This document shows positions 33,491 through 58,645 of a stretch of DNA of 64,000 nt, one piece after another. The notes beneath the pieces were generated by a model. The model had not been told where the DNA came from, searched no databases, and saw only the letters and a program-made list of their open reading frames with translations. This DNA is from Tubiluchus corallicola (Eukaryota; Animalia; Priapulida). Position 1 is the first letter of the stretch. Every line of letters begins with the position of its first letter. The stretch spans positions 1-64,000 of the forward strand of contig JAQGDQ010000731.1 of assembly GCA_030141605.1 (NCBI GenBank), read 5' to 3'. The position numbers and the translations under genes are program-made.

Positions 33491-36400
33491 AGTGACCTAT
33501 TGACCTGCTTCTTTGTGTATATTATTTGTATGCAATTGTACGCTTGGCTACCCATGCGTTTTTGATGCTTTAAGTGATATATTGTGAACCTGATGATCAC
33601 AACTTTTCCTGAACTTTTTCAGGTGTTTATTGAACAAACATAGTTCGATACTGCTCTTTTAATGCTTAGGTTCTAAAAATGTTCTGTGTCTTTATCATCT
33701 GTTTTTTTCTTCATAAAAATCCCACTGGTGTCACACTTTCTGAATGTTGGTGCACACGCTTTCAAAATCATCCGGATCTCTGCTGAAAATTTATGGCAGA
33801 AACCACCTCATTTTTTTCTTTGCACGCGGTTGAAAAGTCTACTATCCCGACTTTAATAGAAGCACTTTTGCAAGATGGTTATCTGGCAGCATCTCTCCCT
33901 GAGGTGGCTTTTGTTGAATGTAAGTTATAATTATCACATATATATATAAACGTTCTACGGAAAGGTCTACATGTGTTTGCATACTACTGTAAGCATACAT
34001 GTAAACTGTTTTCTGAAGGTTGTTTGGTAGGCACTTTTTCTTTGAAAATACTGTGACAAATGATATACAGTAACACACTTACACACATTAACCTAATTGT
34101 GCTGCTGAATTCATTACATACTTTATTGGGAAATTTGTTTTTCTTCAGTTGAGTGATTATTTGTCATCACCATCACCTTCCTCGCCACTGCAATAGCCTT
34201 TTGTCATTGTTTGATTGGTCGTCAGCCAATAGGTTTCTACAAAAAAATACCAAAATTAATATGAATATAAATAAGGTGCATATATACGAAGCTTGTGAAG
34301 CTGAACAGTTCACTAATCGCTAATAGCAATAAAAAGCCTGAAAGGTATGAACTAATCATTAGACACAATAAGCAATAAGCACTTTAATAGGCCTAGAAGA
34401 ACAAGGCATCTTCCCAATACCCAATTTTGAAAATGCCAGTAAAACAGACATGTATTACTGCTATAAAAAGGACAAAGGTCGGAAAGCGAGGCAGGAAAGC
34501 GATGAATAAATCTTTTATTTGTAACGATTATTTCACTAGCAAAACCAGCAAAAATACTAAATGATAATTTTGTCAAGTTTGAGTAAGCAGGTTTACTGAC
34601 TAGGTTTAGTATTGCTTAACTTCAGTCTCTAATAATTGTGACAATTCAAATAATCCCTTTAGAAAACGTGTGACGTTATAATCAAGACATATTTTATCTA
34701 CAAGTAAAACCTCATGGTCAATCAGCAAATTCTTGAAAATATAAAGACTGGCTTGTGAATGTAGTTTTATTAAAAGCGTAATCTAAGGGCAACACTAATT
34801 TTTTTTGCAGCAAGCACATGGTGGGTCAAAATAGAATCTATATTTTTCTGAAAACTTAAAACTTTGAAACACAGAAAAAAATATCTCGTGTCACAGTGTG
34901 TACAGTAATTATGAATTTATTGATAATTAGAAAGTGCATATGGTATAAAACAACTTTAAAACGTTCAGTACGGCAAAGAGGTAAAGGGTACATACGTTGT
35001 TTACACAAGTTTTAGTGTTGGTTATAAATAAACCCAATTCACGGACTGCCGTTATTATTCCTTTAAATCTTTTAATTTTTTGATCGAGGTAAGTTGTCTA
35101 CTGACGTATGCTTTGTGTCTTTCTTTTTTTGCATTCTTGCCAATATGCTCTGCTGTAATTTGCCACTTATTTCTGTTAAGTAGTTCGCAACATGTATAAT
35201 AACTTATCACTTCACATTTTGCAACATTCTTTCTTTGCAACAGCGTGATTTCCCGTAGTTAAACGTTTTTTCAATGTCATTCTGTTGTTGTTGATGTCGC
35301 CATGGTTGTTGACGTCTTTGTACGTCTTTGTCACTTGATCCTTGTTTTCTCGTTGTCATTCTAACAGTGCTACAGCTGCTTTTGCTGATTCCACTCGTTA
35401 AACCTCCTCCTTTACACCTACGAACTGGAATGTTGCAAAACTGATAAATTTTTTACTACATCGAGGACTTTGGCTTAGAAGGGGTTGAGATGTGCTAGTG
35501 ACCAGTACGGCATTCGTGGTGTGGTGTAAGATCTCTGGAGGGGTTTTGTTGGCGTGATATATGTTCGTGTGCGGCATTGGGTGCATGGTGTGGTGTTGTG
35601 GGGTGCTATGCTGTAGGTGTGGTGTGGTGTAGTGGGTAGTGTGGTGCAGGTAATAGTGTGTAATACAATTTTTTGTGGGGTTTTGCCATTTGAAATTATT
35701 TCCTTTAGGCAGATTCTTGTGTTGTTTATTAATTATTTGCAGAATGTGGCCAAAAATATGTAACTTCACACCTTCTGCTGTTCATACTTTCAAGATCGAT
35801 GAGAAATTCTAGTTCAGACTGCCCATTTTCACGTCGACAGACGGAACATAGAATTTTGCTGCCATGTACACTACTAGACAGTTCTAAAAGTTTAGTATAG
35901 AGTGCCATCTACGTGGCAGAACATAGAGCGCTGCTGCCATGCAGAACATAGAATATGCTGCCATCTGGCAGTAGAAAGCAAAACAAACTTCAGGTATAGT
36001 TTTATTATTTATGTAATACAACACAGTATACATATTTAGCATATGTTACACACAAAAAAATAATACAACAGAAAAAATAAAGAGAACAGAAATGACAATT
36101 GTTAACTTTATTCAGTTATACAGACAAATTTATTTTGACTCTTGTAACACAGGAAAAATCAAGTACATAGCAAAATAAGTTATTAATGAAGCAAAAACAA
36201 AAAAATAAAGTCATAAAAGAAAAAAAGAAAAACTATTGCAAAAACATTTTATTGCGTCTATTAATATTTTGCTACGTAATTGTTTGGTTGGTCAACAAAG
36301 TTAACTAATTGTTTGTTTGAACTAAATATCAGGAATTAATTTTGTGCTTACAGATCCACAATACATTTAAACAGTTTCATTTAAGTCTTTGTTTACTTTA

Positions 36401-37142
36401 TTTTTGCTTACAAAACTCTCTGCCAAAAACGAAACACTTTTATTACTGTTACATTTATTATTTTGTGAGTTTTATTGTGATATTTTACCTTTTATTACTG
36501 CTCAGCAAATACCGTTATAAATTTATACTAAAACAGCGCCATGCAGATGTATTTTAGTATAAAAGCCAAAATTCAGAGCTAAATGAGCTAGAATACAAGT
36601 TTTTTTTCAAGGCAGAACTTGAAAATGTGAATCAGAATAGACGTTTTATTAGGTAGAATTATTTTGAGAAATTTCACATCTCACAAAAACATATAAGGTA
36701 AGTGAATGTATTTGGTTTAAGTGAATGCTTCCATATTATGCAGGTTTTTATTGTCAAATAGTCTTTTCTACACAAACTACACAGGCTTTTATAGCATTGG
36801 TTTGTGGAATTACAGTGATGATTGAACAACACGTCTTTCATTTATATCTATTTAATTCAACATGCAATATTTTTGGCATAGCATGGATTTTGCCATCTGT
36901 CATTTAATTTAATAAGGTCTAAACTTTGTTCAAAATTTTGGCAATCATCTTCTGATCGATCATTAACTAAACATTCAATAGTGACAATCGTCTCGGGATT
37001 AAAGGATGGAATGTTTAGTAACTGAGTTTCGTGAGTATTCAATGTTAATTAATCGATAAGGGTTCAATAGTATTGGTAATTTACTCAATTTGAGTTTAAA
37101 CTTTCTTCAGTATCTTTTTTACAGAATTTCTGTTCATGCTTT

Positions 37143-37172
37143 ATATAAAACTATAATTGTATTGCTTTAGTG
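37143..37172 (+). promoter_or_regulatory. TATA box (TATATAAAA) and Inr-like ttagt for protease gene A
   Basis: TATAAAA at 37144-37150, about 50 nt before the signal-peptide ATG at 37195. Confidence 0.55.
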
Positions 37173-37194
37173 TCAAAACTGATTAGATGTCAAG

Positions 37195-50360
<13,166 letters not shown>

Positions 50361-50929
50361 AAATAAACTTTACACGTTAAAGTATTTCACTAAGTCAGTG
50401 ATTTGTAACAGTGACAGATTACATAATAAAACTTTACTCGTTAATGTATTTCATTAAGACAATGTAACAGTGACGCTTTATATAATTAAACTTTACTCGT
50501 TAATGTATTTCACTAAGTCAATGATTAAATAAACTTTACTCGTTAATGTTTTTCACTAAGACAATAATTTGCAGCAGTGACACCTTATATAAATGAACTT
50601 TTTTCATTAATGTATTTCACTAAGACAATAATTTGTAGCAGTGAAACACCTTATATAAATAAACTTTACTCGTTAATGTATTTCACCAAGACAATGATCG
50701 GTAACAGTGATAATTTATATAATTTAGCTTCTAGAAAAACAGAAGAATAGCTTCTCCCCAACCAATAATTTAAAGTATCAAGCCACGAACCATTAATGTG
50801 TTGTTCATGGGCTGAATGATGGTTGGGTTCTTGCTTCAAACAGGAGTTACATGTCTTTTAATAAGGCAAATTAAAAGTTTTAATAAAGTTGTAGTGTTAT
50901 AACTATAATATGAGTACTATTTTGGGTGG

Positions 50930-51480
50930 CCCATTTAAATGGTTCAAAGCTAATGAACTTTCTCTTAATGCAGATAAAACTAAAAGTGTCTACAACTTCA
51001 CCCAAATTCCGACCTTCTAATGATCGATGGTTCCCCTATTGAACGAATTTATTTTTTAGACACGTTACACGAAAATCTAGACTGGAATCCGCAGATTAGA
51101 ATTAATATGATTAGCCTGAAAATAGCCAATTACGTAGTAGTCGTTTCTGATTTCATACCACATATAACAAACTATGCTGCATTTTATGGGGCGCACTCCA
51201 TCCATTGAACATAGGATCTCTTTCTGTGCTCCTTTACGTAAGATTATTCGAATTTTTCATGGCTTACTTAAATTCACACCTCAAAGAATTCAACAAATGA
51301 TCATTGACGACTTCGTTAAATATAAGATAAGCATGTTCATGGACAAAACTAACTTTGAATCTCTGCCATCATTTTTTCGTTAATCCTGTTAATCGTTCTT
51401 AAATTGATATTAAAGTTTGAGTATGTATAGTGACAGGCTGACCCATAGTGTATTTCTGTTCATAAATGAATATATATATT
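50930..51480 (+). mobile_element. Degraded LINE (CR1/L2/Daphne-like) post-RT fragment
   Basis: 50940 reads WFKANELSLNADKTK (compare WFxxNKLSLNxxKT); about 51050-51100 reads FLDTLHENLDWNPQI (compare FLGxxxDENLxWxxHI). Confidence 0.72.
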
Positions 51481-52689
51481 TTTCGATGTACTAATTGCAA
51501 TCTGATATTTATTCTCATCCACATCATTTCACTAACATAATCTTATTAATTCCGATCTCCTACACTCTCTACTATCATTCCATTGTTTTCACCTTCCTTC
51601 TTGAACACCCTTACACCTGCACCATTATGTGCGTAAAGTCACACAGGTAATGCTTCTGACTATAATGCACGAGTAACAATTTATATAAATGACCTTGTTT
51701 CTTTGACGTCTAATCGTATTCTGTAACTGAACTACGACATAAATTTGCAACGTAAACAACATCATCTGTGATGAATTAAGATATCGCCGAGATATAAGAA
51801 ACTGACATACCTTATTTCTCAGTTTTGTAATCTTTATTGTAAATGTTTGGAGAGCATTTAAGGAAGCGGTGTTCAGTATTTCTTGTTAACGTATATAAGT
51901 GCGTATATAAAGGGTTACTCACCCGACGACCAATTAGTCTTTCGCAACCCTTTCTCCTGCACCTATTGCACTTATTTTTAATTACTTGTAATTTTTAAAA
52001 TGTTAATGCATGCAAACTTGTAAATTTGTAAAGTAATTTTTTGTACCACAAAATTAGCAAAACAAAACAAACAATGAACACAATTGTAAAATTTGACTAA
52101 AGAGACTTCATAGTTTTATCAATAAGACTGGTATCAATTAGCACCCGTTCTAAATGTAATGTGATTTACACTATGGCCAGGAAACATTCATTAATTATTT
52201 TGTGTCAAAAAATTGATTATTTTAATACAACTATTATTCGTTTGAAGCTTAACAATGGCATTAAATAGTAAAACAGATTTCGATATAACTGTAAAAACAT
52301 TTGCTTTGAAAAACATTTTTATCTCAAAAGACATACGAAGAAAAAAATCACTGGATGTAACGATACGTGATGATGACACTAGTGAGTAAACCCATATAAC
52401 AATAGTTTACATGGGACCTAACGTAGTAGAAACTCTATTCTTTGTATGAGTTGCTAGTTTATTGCTTTCATAAGATAACATTATCATATTGCAGTTTCAT
52501 TGAATAAATTTAACATGATTCTAATTACACTTGAAAGCACTTAATGCTTATTAAGTCAGGTTCACACTGGCCTTAAAAGGTCTCATGTTAATTTTTTGTT
52601 TTTCTAACAAATGCTAAATGTTTTGGGCTTTAATATTCTAGCATCAAATTGTCAAGAAAATGTTTAGGAATACTAGAAATCAAATTTTA

Positions 52690-52880
52690 AAAGCCCGTGC
52701 CCACTTTTCTGTCTAGAAACTAATACTACGATTGAGAAGAACTTGTGTTTTCAAACTCCTAGTATCTCATGACAGAAACCATTTTGCTTTCGTTGTTTTT
52801 TCTGTTGCCAAGTCTAGATCTTCGTCTGGGTGAGCCATCGACTGGACTTATACACCTTTCGTACAGTTGCTAAGTAGTAG
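52690..52880 (-). mobile_element. R2 family fragment
   Basis: tttttctgttgccaagtctagatcttcgtctgggtgagccatcgactggactta matches the other R2 copies. Confidence 0.65.
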
Positions 52881-53351
52881 TACTTAGGTATCTTTGATAC
52901 ACTGTGCGGGATTTCTTTTAGTAAAAAAATTGGTGACAAATTTTTTAGCTAATTATTTCTTATAACAATTACCATTAATTCCTCTTTTATCTGCAATAAA
53001 AAATTATAAAATGTGCTTGTTATACTTTATATAAAAGCTTATCAATATTATAATGGCTGTCAAGTTTAGCGACTAAGACCCAGACATTATTTTGTTCGAT
53101 TTATTTTATGTTAACCTTTGGTTCCATTCTTTGAATGACTGCGAATGTAAATAACGCCACCTAGAGCATTTATACCAATTACTGTTTACAGTTGTGCTAT
53201 ATGTTTGTTTAGAATTCGAAGTGTACAACATCTTTGTGCTGTGACCACCTTTACCAAAATTTACATTCAAATCTGACAAAACAAAAATACAGGTCATCAA
53301 ACACAAAAAAATGTTAGACTAGCGAAATTGAACTAATAAGGATCGTAATGA

Positions 53352-53423
<72 letters not shown>

Positions 53424-53456
53424 CATCATCATCATCATCATCATCATCATTATTAT
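53352..53456. repeat. (ATT)n(ATC)n microsatellite
   Basis: Directly visible. Confidence 0.95.
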
Positions 53457-53944
53457 CTTGCTCTGTTGCAAATGTAGTGGTCGTGAAAAAGGCCTGGAAT
53501 TGCGTCACAGCCATGGTTATTATCAGTGATCGCCGCCATTGTGGAGGAGAGTGAGATTTGTCTACAAACGAAATTCTGTTATACCTTTATTATTATTACT
53601 TTTTTTTGTTTTAAACTTTCATTGAGACTTAAAAACTTATCGATGTAAATACTCAGGAAAAACGGTACCAATTATCTCGGCGTTCAAGCAGGACAAATAA
53701 ATGATAGTACAAAATGTAAAACTAAAAGTATGTAAATTTTAACATTATAAACAGATGAGTAAGAATATATAAGCGGCTGTCAAAACTTTTTTTACAATAA
53801 AAATAATAATTATCATTTAGTAACAAAAACTGTAAAACCTAAATGCGTTTATTTAGAGAGTAGACCAGAAATTGATGACAACAGATTTGTAGTCACTAAA
53901 TCTAATATTGCAGCAGTTGCAGATAAATGATAGATAAATTGTAA

Positions 53945-54460
53945 TCTCTCTGTCACGTCCAAGTGATAACTGGGCATCTTTGCTCTTGATCTTTCTGTCA
54001 CGTCCAAGTGATAATCGGGCATCTCTGTTCTTGACCTCTCTGTCACGTCCAAGTGATAATCGGGCATCTCTGCTCTTGATCTCTCTGTCACGTCCATGTG
54101 ATAACTGGGCATCTCTGCTCTTGATCTCTCTGTCATGTCCATGTGATAACTGGGCATCTCTGGCTCTTGATCTCTCTGTCATGTCCAAGTGATAACCGGG
54201 CATCTCTGGCTCTTGATCTCTCTGTCACGTCCAAGTGATAACTGGGCATCTCTGCTCTTGATCTCTCTGTCATGTCCAAGTGATAACCGGGCATCTCTGC
54301 TCTTGATCTCTCTGTCATGTCCATGTGATAACTGGCATCTCTGCTCTTGATCTCTCTGTCACGTCCAAGTGATAACCGGGCATCTCTGCTCTTGATCTCT
54401 CTGTCACGTCCAAGTGATTACTGGGCTTGTGTGCTCTTGATCTCTCTGTCGCGTCCAGTG
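53945..54460. repeat. 45-bp minisatellite, about 11 copies, just upstream of the ZNF-6 acceptor
   Basis: Unit ctctctgtcacgtccaagtgataactgggcatctctgctcttgat. Confidence 0.95.
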
Positions 54461-54578
54461 TGTTTTGTAGATGTTTGTAAAATGCATGTTATTAACAAGG
54501 TTAGGAAACTGTTTTGTATGCTAACTAATTTTTATCATATAACTTTTTGCAGAATTTTGCATTGCAAAGTTGTTAAAA

Positions 54579-55970
54579 ATGGATCAGGAAGTGACATTGG
54601 ACACAACATCTGTGAAAGTTAAATCTGACATTGTAGTAAACGTGTCAAAGGACTCCACTGACAGCAAAACAGCAGATGATAATGTAGAAAATAACAACAC
54701 GCAAGTAAAAACTGAAGATGATATTTCAACAACTATTATAGAAAGTAGTGAAGCAGCAGATTGCAGATTTGAAAGTAATGAAATTTTTGTAAAAACTGAA
54801 CATGGCGTATTTGCTGAAAATATTATGGAAAATAGTGATGTTTGTAAAGCATTTTACACTATGAATAAGCCACCTAATCTTATGAACAAGAAAACTGATT
54901 ATAATCGCTTAGCAAATTCTTCAACCAATTGCTTGGAAGATGAAACAACTTATGCAAGTGTTTCAGTTGATGCCTTGGAAAGTTGTTCACAAGGTTCAAT
55001 GACTGATTGTCTATTAGCTGTAACAGAACGTGAATGTTTATCTCAATCAGTAGAAAATGTTCAAAATTGTTTGCCATGCAAAAGTGAGGTTTGTGATTCT
55101 GCTTCTGAATGCCATCAGAATGAGATGTTTTTCAATCATTCAGATTTGACTGGATCATACAATCTCACTTCAGATGTACAAACAACAAATTCACCATGTC
55201 AGCCTTATAAGTGCAGTCATTGTGCTTCTTTATTTCTTCGATCAAGTGATTTCAAAGAGCATCAAAGAATTCACATGGAAGATAAGCCCTTCAAGTGTAC
55301 TCAGTGTGATGCTTCTTTTGCTCGGTTTCGTGAATTGAAATTGCACATGAGGTCTCACACTGGGGAAAAACCTTTTCCATGCACACAGTGCAATGCTGCT
55401 TTTGCTCGAAGACCTTATTTAAAACGACATATGATAACACACTCAGGTGAAAAACCTTTTAAGTGTACATGGTGTTCTAGTGCTTTTGGTATTCCTAGTA
55501 AGTTGAAAGAACATATAAGAAATCATACAGGCGAAAGACTTTTCAGATGCACGTGGTGTGATGCTAGTTTTACTCGCTCACATTATTTAAAGAATCACGT
55601 GAGGATACATACAGGCGAAAGACCATTTAAGTGCACATACTGTGATGCTGCATTTACACAACATCATGGTTTGAAGCAGCATCTGAGGAGACATACTGGG
55701 GAAAAACCATTCAAGTGTACTCTGTGTGATGCTGTTTTTGCTAGTACCCATAGTCTCAAGTGTCACATGAGGTGTCATTCAGGAGAAAAACCATTCAAGT
55801 GCACGCAATGTAATGCTGCTTTTGCTCAGCCTAGTAATTTGAAAGAGCATATAAAAATTCATACAGGGGAAAAACCTTATAAGTGTACTCTGTGCTCTGC
55901 CAGTTTTTCTCACTCTAACAGTTTGAAACGGCATGTTAAGAGTCATACAAGAAAAACTTTTAAGAAATAG
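54579..55970 (+). CDS. C2H2 zinc-finger protein ZNF-6, 9 fingers, acidic N-terminus
   Basis: ORF 54570-55970. Acceptor tttttgcAG at 54551-54552; ATG at 54579. The start MDQEVTLDTTSVKVKSD resembles ZNF-1/2 MDQAVQVVPGFVKIESD. Confidence 0.93.
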   Translation: MDQEVTLDTTSVKVKSDIVVNVSKDSTDSKTADDNVENNNTQVKTEDDISTTIIESSEAADCRFESNEIFVKTEHGVFAENIMENSDVCKAFYTMNKPPNLMNKKTDYNRLANSSTNCLEDETTYASVSVDALESCSQGSMTDCLLAVTERECLSQSVENVQNCLPCKSEVCDSASECHQNEMFFNHSDLTGSYNLTSDVQTTNSPCQPYKCSHCASLFLRSSDFKEHQRIHMEDKPFKCTQCDASFARFRELKLHMRSHTGEKPFPCTQCNAAFARRPYLKRHMITHSGEKPFKCTWCSSAFGIPSKLKEHIRNHTGERLFRCTWCDASFTRSHYLKNHVRIHTGERPFKCTYCDAAFTQHHGLKQHLRRHTGEKPFKCTLCDAVFASTHSLKCHMRCHSGEKPFKCTQCNAAFAQPSNLKEHIKIHTGEKPYKCTLCSASFSHSNSLKRHVKSHTRKTFKK

Positions 55971-56226
55971 TCTTGGCTTTAAAATGGCTAATGATTCAGC
56001 AAATTTTTGTAAGAAAAGTTGTGAAATCGAGGCATAATATTTCTAATTCTGACTTTAAGAAAGGTCAATTTCCTTTACCACATGGTGGAGTTTGATCAAT
56101 TTGCTGTTGTTTAAGCTTTTCCCTGATAATTAACTGTCATATAGACGTTTGCTACATAGACAAATAATGTACTTTACAACGAAAAGATTAGAATAATGAT
56201 TGGATGAAGAAGTTCATATTCTGATG

Positions 56227-56953
56227 GGGGACAGGACGTTTGGGGGAGCAATTTAGGCGCAAGACACTTGGCCACCAGAATCCCCGCATGCTGTGTTTGT
56301 GTGCAAAAAGTGTCTTTGTTACACTGCTAAACATGATGTCTACGGCTTATTAGGTAAACCCTTTTCAACTTGTTAGTTACAAGCTAATTTTTGAAATTTA
56401 CCTAGAGTTTTTGTAAGGGCGTAAATGATTGATTTTGTGAATATGATCGTCTAATTGACAGTAAAAATAACTAAAACATTCACCATGCTGCTGAACGCAG
56501 ATGGAAATCATGCGTGTCACAAGAGTTGCCATGAAGAAGCTTCATTATGAAAGTTTTAATTATATATTAAGCATTTTCTCTCATTAATTAATCAACTTTC
56601 TTTCCAATAGGTAGCTGGTATGGACAACTTAACTTAAAGTATACCTGACACTTGATGAATAGTTACACGTTAATGTTAGGTTATCATCGCCTCGAGTGGA
56701 ATAATTACTGCTAATGATGTACAAATAAATCTCGCTGTTCATGTTACTGACATTTCTCAATTGTCCATTTTGAAAACTTCATTCCACTAATGGTAGAGAA
56801 AGTGCAGAAAGGCAATTAACTGCTTTTAATTGTGTTATTAGACATTATGAGAGTTGGAACATTTAGTACAATATCAAATTTTGCTGGTGCCCAAATGTCT
56901 CGTGCCGAAATGTCCCGTGTCCAAATGTCTCGGGGCCCAAATGTCATGTACCC
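56227..56953. mobile_element. MITE-like element with terminal inverted repeats and 15-bp subterminal repeats
   Basis: Left end ggggacaggacgtttggg...gacacttggccaccag; right end ctggtgcccaaatgtc...cccaaatgtcatgtaccc (reverse complement gggtacatgacatttggg). Confidence 0.65.
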
Positions 56954-58247
56954 TTGGATTGGGAAACTAATTCTTAATATAAAAATAATTTACCAACATC
57001 CGCCTAAGCAAAAACATGGCTTTTATTCAGACACAAACATGAGTAATTCTGTCACGATTATGCAACAAAAAATAAATGAAAATACATCACAAAAAATGCA
57101 AAATACAAAAATCGACAATGTGACAAGTAGACAAGAAAAATACTAAATTTGAAACTTACATATTGTGTGATACAAAGCTAAATGACGGAAAAAAGGAAAA
57201 GTTATGTTACTCCAACACAATTCTTTCTCTGACCAATGGTTTTGATATGTTGCATAAGTTGTGTCTGAATAAAAACCATGGCTTTGCTTAAATGGGTGTT
57301 GGCAGTCATTTTTATTATTAAGAGTCCATATTGTTTGAAAGAGAGTCCATAATTGTTAAACATAGCCTTTTTCTGATTTTTTTTGTAAAAAGACACTAAA
57401 TAAATCTGTATCAAATTATTATGATTAAGAACAAAATTAATGTTTTTTTGTTGCTGAATTTATATTATTAATGTATGCTGTTGGCACTAAAATTCAGTGG
57501 TTTCTGACTTTGTTTTGGGGGAATATGCATATAAAAGCAGTACTATATTAATTTTGCATATTTTTTACTTAACTTTATAGGAAAACCAGACCTTTCATTG
57601 ATTCATATTAATTTACTGTCTTAGGATATACATTTTCTTGCCAATAAACCCACTTGGCAATTGTTTCTTGTAATAGAGAATATTATTTTTATATTTCGAT
57701 TGCACATTTCTATTAACTTTTTTCTTTAGTCTTATATTTCCATTATGTAGTTACTATTAAGCCTATATACTATACTATACGCCTACATTTTATTAGCGTT
57801 ATCAGACTTTAGGATCGCTTTCATGTATTTTATGGAAAATTTTGAGACATTTCTTGTTATCATTCAATTGTATATTGTTCACTGTGTCACATCTGCTAGC
57901 TTTGAATGTATATGTCTTTATTTATATGTATTTGTATATATGTATATCTATTTGTGTTTCGTATAAATTTATATTACTTAATTACTATGATACATTGTTC
58001 TCTAAACTGTAGCATTATACAAAAAGCACAAACAGTAAACATTTAACAAGGAGAATAATTCGAGAACAATAAGAATTTATTTTATTTAAAGCTTTTTAAA
58101 AATACGTTGTGCAAAATTTTAGGCAATCAAAGATATTATTTGCCTTTAGAAAGTGACACTCATAGCAGAAGTGGTGAGACAATTTTTTCTTAAAATTATA
58201 AGACAATACCTGAAAGTTCTTTTTTATTATTTACTTTGATTTTTTAT

Positions 58248-58609
58248 TCATTTAATCATTAAAAAACTCGTAGACAATATTGTAATTATAGAGATCGCTG
58301 TTGTGTCATGTCCTAGAGCTCCTTCAGATGTTACAGGGGCGACAAAACCTTCGTCTCCAAACGTATTCCTTGAATAAGCCCGCTGAATATTAATCCACGT
58401 TAAATAATAGCTAATTCTTGCTGCCACAACGACTGAACGTTCATTATATCGTGGCTGACCGTCCTGTAGAAAATAAGTAGTGCCTTGAAAAATGCCAACA
58501 ACTTCCAGAGTTAGTGGGTTTAATAAAAACGGTGCACCAGAATCGCCCTACAGAAAGAATATAAATAAATAAATATATATATATATATATAATAAATTTA
58601 TATATAAGC

Positions 58610-58645
<36 letters not shown>

